Of a stretch of DNA of 64,000 bases, positions 20,131 through 29,156 are shown piece by piece. Within the stretch, counting starts at the first letter, position 1. The number at the start of each line of letters is the position of its first letter. The DNA comes from Spirochaetia bacterium (GTDB lineage Bacteria > Spirochaetota > Spirochaetia > UBA9216). A model generated the notes under the pieces. It searched no databases. It was not told where the DNA came from and saw nothing but the letters and a program-made list of their open reading frames with translations. The stretch lies in contig OZ223267.1 in assembly GCA_965140585.1 (NCBI GenBank), positions 1 to 64,000 of the forward strand, read 5' to 3'. A program made the translations under genes and the position numbers.

Positions 20131-20156
20131 GGGACTGTCGCTGACAGTCCCTTTTT
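20131..20156 (+). terminator. Rho-independent terminator of flaA
   Basis: GGGACTGTC-GCT-GACAGTCCC-TTTTT. Confidence 0.85.
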
Positions 20157-20292
20157 ACTTCAAATAAAAGCCTATCGTTTGATCTATATATACCGTTTCT
20201 TATTATCTGCATATTGATAAAGAGGCTGACTATGTTCGCTTAGTCAGCCTTAATTTTTATCAGCTTATATAATAAGTAGCTTCACTTGGAGC

Positions 20293-20326
20293 AAAAAAAA
20301 CCAAAGCCTATCAAAGCTTTGGTTTT
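20293..20326 (-). terminator. Terminator hairpin for the convergent minus-strand genes
   Basis: A-run then CCAAAGC-N8-GCTTTGG, i.e. a hairpin followed by a T-run on the minus strand. Confidence 0.65.
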
Positions 20327-20356
20327 GGAAATACCTTATTTAACCGGGTCGGGTAA

Positions 20357-21247
20357 TCAGTTGTTAATGTTCTCAAGATCCAGCGAGAATCCGATTGTCG
20401 CATTAAACAGATAATTTCCGGGAAATTCACTTGCAAAGCTCAGCAGTTCTGAAGTGTCTGCAGTCGAATCGTCTATGCTTCCAAAAGAATAAAGACTGCT
20501 TTCAAGCCCGATAAAAATGCCGAGAAACTCGGCCGGTCGTATAGATACATCAGTTCCAAGTACAACTGAATTAAGACTTTGTGATTCCGTCGATTCAATT
20601 ACTCTTACCTTGTTCTGATAACCGAGCTTTAGTTTCATAGTATAAGGGACGTTTTTCTGAAAAAGGTCGGCAATAAATGCATACTCGGTGAAGTCCTCAG
20701 AAAGACTGCCGTAGGTCTCGTCAATGACATTATAGCTCTTAGTATCTATCTGGAGTGTACATATTGCATTATAGACATAAAATCCAACACCAAGGCGGTT
20801 TGCTTCCTGTATATAGTCACCGGTTGATACCAGACGGCCCCCGATAGTGCTTTGTGTCTCAAACTCGGCAAATGCTATTCCCGGTATATTGATTTTAACA
20901 GAAGTGCTGATCCCGGATTTAATCAAAGTTTCAGTTGTATTGAAAATACCGAAAAAAGGTCCGACACTTATACTGAAGAGGTCTTCATTATAATAGAAAT
21001 TGGTGTAGCCAATATTTCTTATTACAGGATCCCGGTAAAAACCAACCTCAAGGCCAGAGTTGTCGCTTGCTTCTCTCTTCCAGTACAGTGAGCCTCCCCA
21101 GGGAAATTCAGTGCCCGGGAATTCCGTGCTTGTCATAGGTTCGGCTGTCAGATTGTTATTTCCGATTGAGAAAGTGCCGCCTGTTTCTGTTGCATAAACT
21201 GAGGCCGATACAAGAATAAGTATCAGACCTGCTAAAACTCTTTTCAT
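20357..21247 (-). CDS. Putative outer-membrane beta-barrel protein
   Basis: Signal peptide; alternating hydrophobic G/F/Y-rich strands; ends FNATIGFSLDL. Confidence 0.6.
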   Translation of the reverse strand: MKRVLAGLILILVSASVYATETGGTFSIGNNNLTAEPMTSTEFPGTEFPWGGSLYWKREASDNSGLEVGFYRDPVIRNIGYTNFYYNEDLFSISVGPFFGIFNTTETLIKSGISTSVKINIPGIAFAEFETQSTIGGRLVSTGDYIQEANRLGVGFYVYNAICTLQIDTKSYNVIDETYGSLSEDFTEYAFIADLFQKNVPYTMKLKLGYQNKVRVIESTESQSLNSVVLGTDVSIRPAEFLGIFIGLESSLYSFGSIDDSTADTSELLSFASEFPGNYLFNATIGFSLDLENINN

Positions 21248-21250
21248 AGA

Positions 21251-22345
21251 TTAAAACCCCGCTTTAACTCCAATGTAGCCTTCAAACATTGAAGACAAAT
21301 CAAATGGAAGTACTGTAGCATTTAATTTAAAATTCCAGATTACACCTGAAGTTACTGCACTGAAATAAGGAGATACTATAGTTTCAAACTGATCTTCAGA
21401 TGCCTGTGCATTATATGAGAGTTGAGATGAAATACCTCCGCTCACCGGTGATTCTTCAAGATCTCCTACTGAAAAATCGACCAGAAGGTCGATAGACCCT
21501 TCCTCATTAGTTGCTGCATGTTTGTAGTATGCCGGATGCCAGAAAAAGGATAGGTTGAATCCGAAGATACCGAATCTGAGCCTTGGCTCAAAAAGGAAGT
21601 AGAACAAGTCTATTCCGAGGTTTTCATCAACAGGTGTCCACTCAGGAATCCCTACCTGAGCGTAAAAACTGCCTGTCTCACTTGCTTTAAAATAAAGAAG
21701 AAGTCCGCCCCTGTATGTTCCTGCAGTTCCTGATGGAAATGTGACCCCTGCAAAGGTTTCAAGCTTCAGATTGCCGAGATTAAATGCAGATCGTATGTCG
21801 GTACCGTAATATCCGTCTCCCATATAGGCATCCTGATACAGATACACAGCTGTATAATTCCAGTCTGAACCAAAAGTACTGCTGAAAGATATACCTGTTC
21901 CTGCAACACTATGAAGTCCATCGTATACTACACCGTCACCAAAGGCCATAAAACCGCTTAAACGGGGTTCTATTATTCCGGTACCGAACATTGTATGGAA
22001 AATGTCTCCATTGCAGAAATCATCGATTGTTCCGGTATAGTATGAAGCTGAGAAGGGGAGTCCGAATATCTCGTTAAGCGATACCTCGGCAGCTCTGAAA
22101 ACAAGGGGTGCTGAAGTAGTTATATCGTCAAAAACCGCGTCATCTATTCCGAACTTTAATTTCCCGCCGAATTTGTATCCTCCATCAATCGCCATTTCAA
22201 GTGAGCCTCTGGTTTGAACCAGCAGTGAACCTTCTTCGCCATACAGTCGTGAGACAAGCTCAAGTTCCGGAATGCTGATGTCCGCTGAAAATAAAGCAGA
22301 CGGGAAAAGCAATAAAATCAAAACCGGAATCAGATATCTTTTCAT
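21251..22345 (-). CDS. Putative outer-membrane beta-barrel protein
   Basis: ATG 22345 after AGGAG; signal peptide; amphipathic strands; C-terminal GYIGVKAGF ending in Phe. Confidence 0.65.
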   Translation of the reverse strand: MKRYLIPVLILLLFPSALFSADISIPELELVSRLYGEEGSLLVQTRGSLEMAIDGGYKFGGKLKFGIDDAVFDDITTSAPLVFRAAEVSLNEIFGLPFSASYYTGTIDDFCNGDIFHTMFGTGIIEPRLSGFMAFGDGVVYDGLHSVAGTGISFSSTFGSDWNYTAVYLYQDAYMGDGYYGTDIRSAFNLGNLKLETFAGVTFPSGTAGTYRGGLLLYFKASETGSFYAQVGIPEWTPVDENLGIDLFYFLFEPRLRFGIFGFNLSFFWHPAYYKHAATNEEGSIDLLVDFSVGDLEESPVSGGISSQLSYNAQASEDQFETIVSPYFSAVTSGVIWNFKLNATVLPFDLSSMFEGYIGVKAGF

Positions 22346-22486
22346 TTGAAGAAGCTCCTGTAAAAAAAATGGCACCTTAATAATACTATACTATGTATAT
22401 CGAAGGTTTTCATACAGAAATTGAGCTTTTAGAGGAAAGAATGGAAGGCTCTATAATACCTTTTTTCCTCTAGTAAGAAAAAAGTC

Positions 22487-22514
22487 TTGACTTAACACAG
22501 CTTATGGATATCAT
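22487..22514 (+). promoter_or_regulatory. sigma70-like promoter of the che operon
   Basis: TTGACT-N16-TATCAT upstream of ATG 22525. Confidence 0.5.
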
Positions 22515-22524
22515 TAATGTTGAG

Positions 22525-24906
22525 ATGAGTGATTACCTAGATCCCAATAACGAAGAGTTATTAAAGGACTTTTTTCTCGAGGCCGAGCTTCAGGTGGAGA
22601 CTTTTGAGCAGAATATTCTTGTGCTGGAGAATGAACCCCAGAATAAGGACGCTGTTGATGAGATATTCAGAGCAGCACATACGCTTAAAGGAGCCGCAGG
22701 AACAGTTCAGATGGATGAACTTGCGCACTTTACACATCTGTGTGAAGATGCCCTCGATGAAATTAGAGCAGGAAAACTGGATGTTACACCCGAGGTTGTT
22801 GATACGATGCTCGAGGCTATCGACATTATCAAAGCTATGCTTGAGGAACGGGCAAACGGAAATGTTTACAGTGAAGATACTTCCGAGATTTCTTCCAGGC
22901 TTGAGGGTTATATAGGCGGTTCCGCCGAACCGTCAGCCGCAACAAAGAAAAAAGCTCCGGCTAAAACCACCTCAAAAAAGAAGCCTGCTGCAAAAAAGGC
23001 TTCTTTGAATGATGGTGGCTTAACTGAATACGAGCTGCTGGAATTAAAGGAAGAGTGCGAAACTGGTGAAAAACTTGTTTTTGCTCATATCATATTCAAT
23101 GAAGACAATCCGATGAATACCGTCGGAGGTATTCAGGTATATGCTGCTTTAAATAAGAGCGGAAGAGTTTTACGGTCAAAGCCTGATTTCGATGCCCTTT
23201 ATGAAGATGTTTTTCATCCAGAGGCCGATTTTTATCTTGCAACGACGCTTTCTGCAGAAGAACTTTCAAAGAAGATTGAAATCCCGGATGTAATCAAGAA
23301 TTCGGAGATAAAAATGCTCTTCGAAGACAGTAACACCTCCGAAACTGATGAAGCTGAAGAATTGGTTTCAGCGGATGCAGAGTCTCTTGATGAGCCTGTG
23401 CACGAGGAAGCTCCGGTCCCTGTCCCCCAGGCTGCAAAATCAGCCGATTCAGATGAGGCTGCCGAAACCGTTACTGAAAGTAAGGCTGAGAAAGAGCTAA
23501 AAAAGACGGCTAAAAATAGCGGATCTATTCTGAGAGTTGACTCGCGACGAATTGACAACCTCCTTAACCTGGTTTCGGAGACTGTAATTACGAAAGCCTC
23601 TTTCAATCAGATCAATGCACAGTTCTCTGAAGGCCTTCTTGAATTACAGGGCTGTCAGTCTGAGTTCCGGGAAAAGCTTAAGGACCTCTTTGATCGTCTT
23701 CCCGACTATCTGCTTGAGATTCAGGGCGGATCAGATATCAAAACAATCCGTAATGAAATAACAGAACGCTATTCCGGTATGTTTAACATATTTGACTCTC
23801 CTGAATCGAGATTCAAAGCTACAGTAGCTAAATTTCAGAACACATCCCAGAGCCTTGCCCGAACCACCAGTGAGCTTCAGGAAGGGGTAATGCAGATCAG
23901 GATGGTTCCGATATCTCAGATTTTTTCACGTTTCCCGCGTCTGGTTCGAGACCTTTCCAGATCCTGTTCCAAAGATATCAAACTGATGATTGAAGGTGAG
24001 GATACAGAACTTGATAAATCGGTAATAGATGATCTTCTCGATCCTCTAATTCACTGTGTGAGAAACTCTGTAGATCACGGAATTGAAACACCTGCCGAAA
24101 GAAAAGAAGCCGGAAAGCCGGAAGAGGGAACTATCCTTCTGAAAGCAAGAAACGAAGGCAATATGATAGTAATCGAGATTTCCGATGACGGAAAGGGTAT
24201 TGATGTCGAAAGCGTTAGACAGAAGGCTATTGACCGTGGTCTAATACATCCGTCAAAGAAACTCTCGGATGTTGAAGCTTTCAATCTGATATTTGAACCA
24301 GGTTTCTCTACAGCGAAGGCTGTTACCAATATTTCTGGACGTGGTGTCGGACTTGATGTAGTGCGAAAGCAGATTGAGAAACTTAACGGAAACGTTAGTG
24401 TATATTCTGAAAAAGGCAGTGGCACAAGTTTTACTGTTAAACTCCCGCTCACCCTGGCTATTATCCAGGGGCTTCTTGTACGTGTGGGAACCGAAATATA
24501 TGCTATTCCGATTACCTCTGTTATTGACAGCCACAGGATTAAACCTGAAGAAATAAAGATGATTGATAACTATGAGGTTTTCAATGTCCGTCAGGATGTT
24601 GTATCCCTTGTTCGTTTAAACAGGCTGTTCCGGATACCTTCCGATGAAGTCCGGGAATATCATTTTGTGGTTATTGTCGGAAGCGGAGATAAGCGAATGG
24701 GGCTTATGGTCGATTCTCTGATTGGCGAAGAAGATGTTGTTATTAAACCGCTTAGGGATAAGTATACTAATTCGCCGGGAATTGCCGGTGCAACTATTCT
24801 TGGAGATGGTACAGTTTCTCTGATCATTGATGTAAGTCAGCTGCTTGATTTAGGGCTCAGACGTGAAAAAGAAGAGCGAATGATGAGAGAAGCCACTATA
24901 GGTTAA
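22525..24906 (+). CDS. cheA: Chemotaxis histidine kinase CheA
   Basis: FRAAHTLKG (Hpt), LRVDSRRIDNLLNLVSE, HCVRNSVDHGIE, SGRGVGLDVV, CheW-like C-terminus. MSDYLD start taken at 22525. Confidence 0.97.
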   Translation: MSDYLDPNNEELLKDFFLEAELQVETFEQNILVLENEPQNKDAVDEIFRAAHTLKGAAGTVQMDELAHFTHLCEDALDEIRAGKLDVTPEVVDTMLEAIDIIKAMLEERANGNVYSEDTSEISSRLEGYIGGSAEPSAATKKKAPAKTTSKKKPAAKKASLNDGGLTEYELLELKEECETGEKLVFAHIIFNEDNPMNTVGGIQVYAALNKSGRVLRSKPDFDALYEDVFHPEADFYLATTLSAEELSKKIEIPDVIKNSEIKMLFEDSNTSETDEAEELVSADAESLDEPVHEEAPVPVPQAAKSADSDEAAETVTESKAEKELKKTAKNSGSILRVDSRRIDNLLNLVSETVITKASFNQINAQFSEGLLELQGCQSEFREKLKDLFDRLPDYLLEIQGGSDIKTIRNEITERYSGMFNIFDSPESRFKATVAKFQNTSQSLARTTSELQEGVMQIRMVPISQIFSRFPRLVRDLSRSCSKDIKLMIEGEDTELDKSVIDDLLDPLIHCVRNSVDHGIETPAERKEAGKPEEGTILLKARNEGNMIVIEISDDGKGIDVESVRQKAIDRGLIHPSKKLSDVEAFNLIFEPGFSTAKAVTNISGRGVGLDVVRKQIEKLNGNVSVYSEKGSGTSFTVKLPLTLAIIQGLLVRVGTEIYAIPITSVIDSHRIKPEEIKMIDNYEVFNVRQDVVSLVRLNRLFRIPSDEVREYHFVVIVGSGDKRMGLMVDSLIGEEDVVIKPLRDKYTNSPGIAGATILGDGTVSLIIDVSQLLDLGLRREKEERMMREATIG

Positions 24907-24917
24907 GAAGGAGTAAT

Positions 24918-26258
24918 ATGAGTTCAGATCTATTTGACATACAGGCTCTGGATATCCTTGCTGACTCTGCGAGGGAGGAAAGCAAGGAAAAGACCGAAAA
25001 TATTGATTATAAAATGGTTACCTTCTCTTTAGGTGGAAAGGATTACGGAATTGATATCATGAAGGTGAAGGAGATATCCAAAGCATCAAAATTCACCTAT
25101 GTCCCTAATTCTATTCCCTTTGTTAAAGGTGTCTACAACCTTCGTGGTGATATAATTTCAGTAATTGATTTACGGATAATGTTTAATCTTCCGGTTCCTG
25201 AAAGTCAGGGCGGAGTTGAGAATATGATTATTCTCAGACTAGAAGACAACACTCTTGGCATAATTGTTGATTCTATTGATAAGGTAGTTGGAATTTCATC
25301 ACAGAGAATTCAGCCTCCTCATCCACTTTTCGGAGATATCAATATCAAGTTTATTAAAGGTATAGTCGAGAACGACAGTAAGCTTTATATAATACTTGAT
25401 GTAGAGAGTGTCTTTGATCAGAAAGCGGCGGAAGCTTCATTGAATAATGTTAATACCGTTAAAACTGTTCAGTCGTATAATGCTGATTCTGGGGTTGATA
25501 TTCCAAAAGTATCTGCAGGCGGTGATGTTGATTACAATTTTATAGTTGAAACACTTGAAACCCTCGGTGGGTTTACTGTAAGCAGTATTAATGAGCCCTG
25601 GGTAAAAAAAAGGTTTCAGCAGTGGAAAAAAGAAAGAGCCGATGCCGGGTTTGATGTACAGCTGAACAACGGCAGCGATGCTGAAAAGTTTCTTTCAGGA
25701 TTTAACTCTGCATATACAGGCGTATTCTGGGAAAGAGATTACATAGAAAATATTAAGAAATTACTTCCGGATGTTTCCGGAGGTGTGATGAACGTCTGGA
25801 ACATCGGATGTGGAAAGGGTGAGGAGACTTATTCCTTTGCAGTTGCATGCCGTGAACGCTATAGTGAAAAACGGATAAAAATATATGCACATGACAAGGA
25901 TCTGCTTAATATTTCAACAGCTCCTAATCTTGTTTTCACCAGAGAGGCGGTTCCGGGGATTTATTCTGAATATATTGCTGATGGAAAGAACGGCTGGCAG
26001 TTCAATTCTGAAATAAAAGATTTGATCCTGTTTGAGTATCATGATGTAACGCATGATAATCAGATGCCGCCGATGGACATTATAATGGTACGTGATGTAC
26101 TTTCCTTTCTAAGCAGGGAAGAGCAGAATAAATTGATTTCTATCTTTGATGAGACACTGAAAACGGGAGGGCTGCTGATAGTTGGAGCAAATGAAACAAT
26201 TTCAGGTGATGACTGGGAGCCGGTTAAGGGAAGCACTTCGGCTTACAGGAAAAGATGA
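24918..26258 (+). CDS. cheW: CheW fused to a CheR-like methyltransferase domain (spirochaete type)
   Basis: YGIDIMKVKEI, GVYNLRGDIISVIDL; C-terminal WNIGCGKGEETYS, FEYHDV, IMVRDVL, GGLLIVGANE. Confidence 0.9.
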   Translation: MSSDLFDIQALDILADSAREESKEKTENIDYKMVTFSLGGKDYGIDIMKVKEISKASKFTYVPNSIPFVKGVYNLRGDIISVIDLRIMFNLPVPESQGGVENMIILRLEDNTLGIIVDSIDKVVGISSQRIQPPHPLFGDINIKFIKGIVENDSKLYIILDVESVFDQKAAEASLNNVNTVKTVQSYNADSGVDIPKVSAGGDVDYNFIVETLETLGGFTVSSINEPWVKKRFQQWKKERADAGFDVQLNNGSDAEKFLSGFNSAYTGVFWERDYIENIKKLLPDVSGGVMNVWNIGCGKGEETYSFAVACRERYSEKRIKIYAHDKDLLNISTAPNLVFTREAVPGIYSEYIADGKNGWQFNSEIKDLILFEYHDVTHDNQMPPMDIIMVRDVLSFLSREEQNKLISIFDETLKTGGLLIVGANETISGDDWEPVKGSTSAYRKR

Positions 26259-26274
26259 TACAGAGGAGTAACTG

Positions 26275-26736
26275 ATGAGAGTAGAATATATAAATCCATT
26301 TGTTGAGGCAGCATTTAATATTTTGAAGGAAGTTGTCGATTCTGATATTAAGCGCGGTGAATTATTTCTTAAATCAACTTCCCAGCCTGTTCTTGGTGTG
26401 GCTGCGATTGTTGGATTAGCCGGTGATGTAGAAGGTCGTGTACTTTTTGATATGGCTGAAAATACAGCTCTGGCAATAGCAGGTCAGATGAACGGTGAGA
26501 CTTTGACAGAGCTCAATGATCTTGCAAAAGCGACCATCACAGAGCTTGCTAATATGATTACTGCTCAGGCAGTTACTAAACTTCATGAGCTGGGGTTTAC
26601 TTTTGATTTGACTCCGCCGGCTATTTTTACCGGGGAGAACATGGAAGTTTCAGATTCCGGTGTTGAAGCCTTGATTGTTCCTATTGAACTGAATCAGGGA
26701 AAACTTGAAATAAATGTCGCTGTAAGAGAAAGGTAG
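26275..26736 (+). CDS. cheX: CheY-P phosphatase CheX
   Basis: MRVEYINPF, GLAGDVEG, ELANMI, LTPPAIFTG. Confidence 0.95.
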   Translation: MRVEYINPFVEAAFNILKEVVDSDIKRGELFLKSTSQPVLGVAAIVGLAGDVEGRVLFDMAENTALAIAGQMNGETLTELNDLAKATITELANMITAQAVTKLHELGFTFDLTPPAIFTGENMEVSDSGVEALIVPIELNQGKLEINVAVRER

Positions 26737-26750
26737 CAGGAGATATAGAT

Positions 26751-27185
26751 ATGAAGAATAAACAGGATTTTCCTAATATTAACGAACGGACACCGGATGG
26801 GCATAAAGCTGACGGATCGGCTTTTAAGGTTCTGATTGTTGATGATTCTATGTTTGTAACAAAGCAGATCAGTCAGATTTTAAGTTCGGAAGGTTTTGAA
26901 ATTGTAGGTACTGCAACAGACGGTCAGGAAGGTTTTGATAAATATAAAGAACTTTATCCCAATGTTGACATAGTTACCATGGATATTACAATGCCTAAAA
27001 TGGATGGGGTAACTGCTCTTGAAAAGATCATTGAGTTTGACAAGGAAGCAAAGGTAATCATGATAAGCGCTCTTGGAAAACAGGATCTTGTTAAGAAATC
27101 ATTGCTTATCGGAGCAAAGAACTACATTGTTAAACCTCTTGATAGAGCAAAAGTTCTTGAAAGAATCCTTATGTCTATAAAATAA
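26751..27185 (+). CDS. cheY: Chemotaxis response regulator CheY
   Basis: LIVDDS, TMDITMPKMDG, ISALG, IVKP. Confidence 0.95.
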   Translation: MKNKQDFPNINERTPDGHKADGSAFKVLIVDDSMFVTKQISQILSSEGFEIVGTATDGQEGFDKYKELYPNVDIVTMDITMPKMDGVTALEKIIEFDKEAKVIMISALGKQDLVKKSLLIGAKNYIVKPLDRAKVLERILMSIK

Positions 27186-27205
27186 TCTGTTGAAGTTGAT
27201 ATTTT

Positions 27206-27237
27206 GCCGTCCCCTGATTTAAGGTGACGGCTTTTTT
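27206..27237 (+). terminator. Terminator of the che operon
   Basis: GCCGTCCCCT-N7-GGTGACGGC-TTTTTT, imperfect stem. Confidence 0.75.
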
Positions 27238-27252
27238 ATTTATTAAAGCTTA

Positions 27253-27280
27253 TTGACATAGAGTCATTTCTCTATATAAT
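27253..27280 (+). promoter_or_regulatory. sigma70 promoter of the tRNA gene
   Basis: TTGACA-N16-TATAAT. Confidence 0.85.
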
Positions 27281-27297
27281 AGCTGAATACGGAATGG

Positions 27298-27371
27298 GGG
27301 CGGCTAGCTCAGTTGGTTAGAGCACTTGCTCGACACGCAAGGGGTCGTTGGTTCGAATCCAATGTCGCCCA
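27298..27371 (+). tRNA. tRNA-Val(GAC), CCA not encoded
   Basis: GGGCGGC/GTCGCCC acceptor stem; D arm GCTC..GAGC; anticodon arm CTTGC-TCGACAC-GCAAG; T arm GTTGG-TTCGAAT-CCAAT; discriminator A. Confidence 0.95.
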
Positions 27372-27398
27372 TTCTAAAGCCTTACATGATAAGGATAT

Positions 27399-27432
27399 AA
27401 AGCGGTAAGTTTAACGATTTACCGCTTTTTTT
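27399..27432 (+). terminator. Terminator after tRNA-Val
   Basis: AAAGCGGTAA-N10-TTACCGCTTT-TTTT. Confidence 0.8.
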
Positions 27433-27587
27433 ATGCAAATTTAAGCTTAATAAAAAAATTCAATTGTGAGTGGTGATAATTCGTCCTTTCAGTCATCAGA
27501 TGATAATGCAGCTTGAATTTTATACCTTAATAATCCGATAATTAAATAAGTATGTTTATAAAAGTAATAAAAAGGCTGTTTAAATAA

Positions 27588-29069
27588 ATGACTATCTCAC
27601 AGGCAATTGACGCTAATACTTCTGAGAAGGAGCTTCTTCTACATCTGTATGAGAGGGTTTTGTCGGGTGAACTACACACCTTTGCTAGTCTTACCGAATA
27701 TGTCGGTAAACTGCCTGATTCAAAAAAACTGCGTAAATGTTTATTTAAATCTTTTGAACTTCAGCGTAAAATTTACTGGGGAATTTTTAAAGAATTGACT
27801 CCGAAGGCGTTTCCTCTTCTTTGGCAGGAAATGGTTATTGCAGATCGGACTTTTACCTTTGGTGGTGATTTAAAGCGGTTAATGTCCATTCCTGAAATAT
27901 ATCTGGGATTAATAGATATACACGGATATACAAAATACTGTCAGGATAAAAAACGTAATATGTCAATGGTGGATTTACTGGATCGTATGATCTATGAAGA
28001 TGTAACTGCAATCAGCGCTGATTCCGGAGTCATTACTAAACGTGCACAGGGTGATGAGATTCTGGTAATAGGAGCATCAGCATCCGATGTAATGAAAGCT
28101 GTAATGCAGATAATGGATTACTTCAATACACAGGGACGTTCTTTTAGAAATACAATATTGAGCAGGAAACTTCCAGGAACAGTGCTCCCCAAGTTTCAGA
28201 TTTCTGCCGGAATATCAGGAGGCCAGAAATTTACACCGCTTGTTGTAACAAGAGACGGTGATATTTCAGGTGATATTGTAAACACAGCAGCAAGGCTTCA
28301 GACAAAAGCCAACCGTATAAGCCCGAACAGTAACAGAATTATGATTACAAATCATGTCTTTCAGAAATTTGTTACATGGCAGAAAGAAAACGAGGATGAT
28401 TATTTTTCACGTGTAGATTTTTTCAACGTTGGAACGGTTGAATTTAAGGGTGTTACGCTTGTTGTCTATGATTTAATATTTCTCCCGGAAGAGAGCCGCC
28501 GGCTGGACCTTCGTGAAAAAATGGAAGTTCTTTATCAGAATCTGAATAAAAAAAACTGGAAGACCGGTGTTTTTGAGAGTGCTCTTGATGTAGCTGCAGA
28601 AAGTCTGAAGAACATGATTGAGAAAGGATGTCGGGATAATTCTGCCGGAAGAATTCTTGAAGAAAGGTGCAAGGGTTTGATGGAACTAATCAAATCAGCA
28701 CTCAAACTTTTTAATGCAATGTATTATGAGGCGGCAGTGAGTACTTTTTCACAAATAGTTGACGAGCTGCTGCAAATAAGACAGATCGATCGGATTGTAA
28801 TTGAATATCTTCAGCTCATTCAGAAAAATTATCTTGAGATAAATAAGGCCTATACAGATATTCTCGATGAAGAGGTAGAAATTAGAATAAATGATCTCTA
28901 TGGTCCTAAAGAAAAATCTAATTACCTTTTATTAAAGAAGCACCAGAATATGTACAGCACAATACAGTCTTCAACTCGGCTCAAATTGAACAATCGTAAA
29001 AAATTATGGCACCGAATCACAGATGATGTAGGGGCTGAGTTAAATATCAATCTACAGTCTTTTAAATAG
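27588..29069 (+). CDS. Soluble class III nucleotide cyclase-domain protein with helical C-terminus
   Basis: LIDIHGYT, AQGDEI, GDIVNTAARLQ, VEFKGV motifs. Confidence 0.8.
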   Translation: MTISQAIDANTSEKELLLHLYERVLSGELHTFASLTEYVGKLPDSKKLRKCLFKSFELQRKIYWGIFKELTPKAFPLLWQEMVIADRTFTFGGDLKRLMSIPEIYLGLIDIHGYTKYCQDKKRNMSMVDLLDRMIYEDVTAISADSGVITKRAQGDEILVIGASASDVMKAVMQIMDYFNTQGRSFRNTILSRKLPGTVLPKFQISAGISGGQKFTPLVVTRDGDISGDIVNTAARLQTKANRISPNSNRIMITNHVFQKFVTWQKENEDDYFSRVDFFNVGTVEFKGVTLVVYDLIFLPEESRRLDLREKMEVLYQNLNKKNWKTGVFESALDVAAESLKNMIEKGCRDNSAGRILEERCKGLMELIKSALKLFNAMYYEAAVSTFSQIVDELLQIRQIDRIVIEYLQLIQKNYLEINKAYTDILDEEVEIRINDLYGPKEKSNYLLLKKHQNMYSTIQSSTRLKLNNRKKLWHRITDDVGAELNINLQSFK

Positions 29070-29156
29070 TAGTTATCAATAATTTTTTAAAAATGTACCC
29101 AAAGTTATTAAAATAAGTTAGTATTGAATGTACTTGCTAAAAAGAAGTTATGAATA

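Noticed and set aside
24918-26258. CheW-CheR fusion as a novelty
   Set aside because: Already known from spirochaete che operons.
27380-27394. CCTTA-N5-TAAGG inverted repeat just after the tRNA as an att remnant
   Set aside because: Only 5-bp arms, and no matching second site or integrase was found.
29094-29136. Two AATGTAC copies upstream of the MFS gene
   Set aside because: Too short in AT-rich DNA to support a regulatory site.
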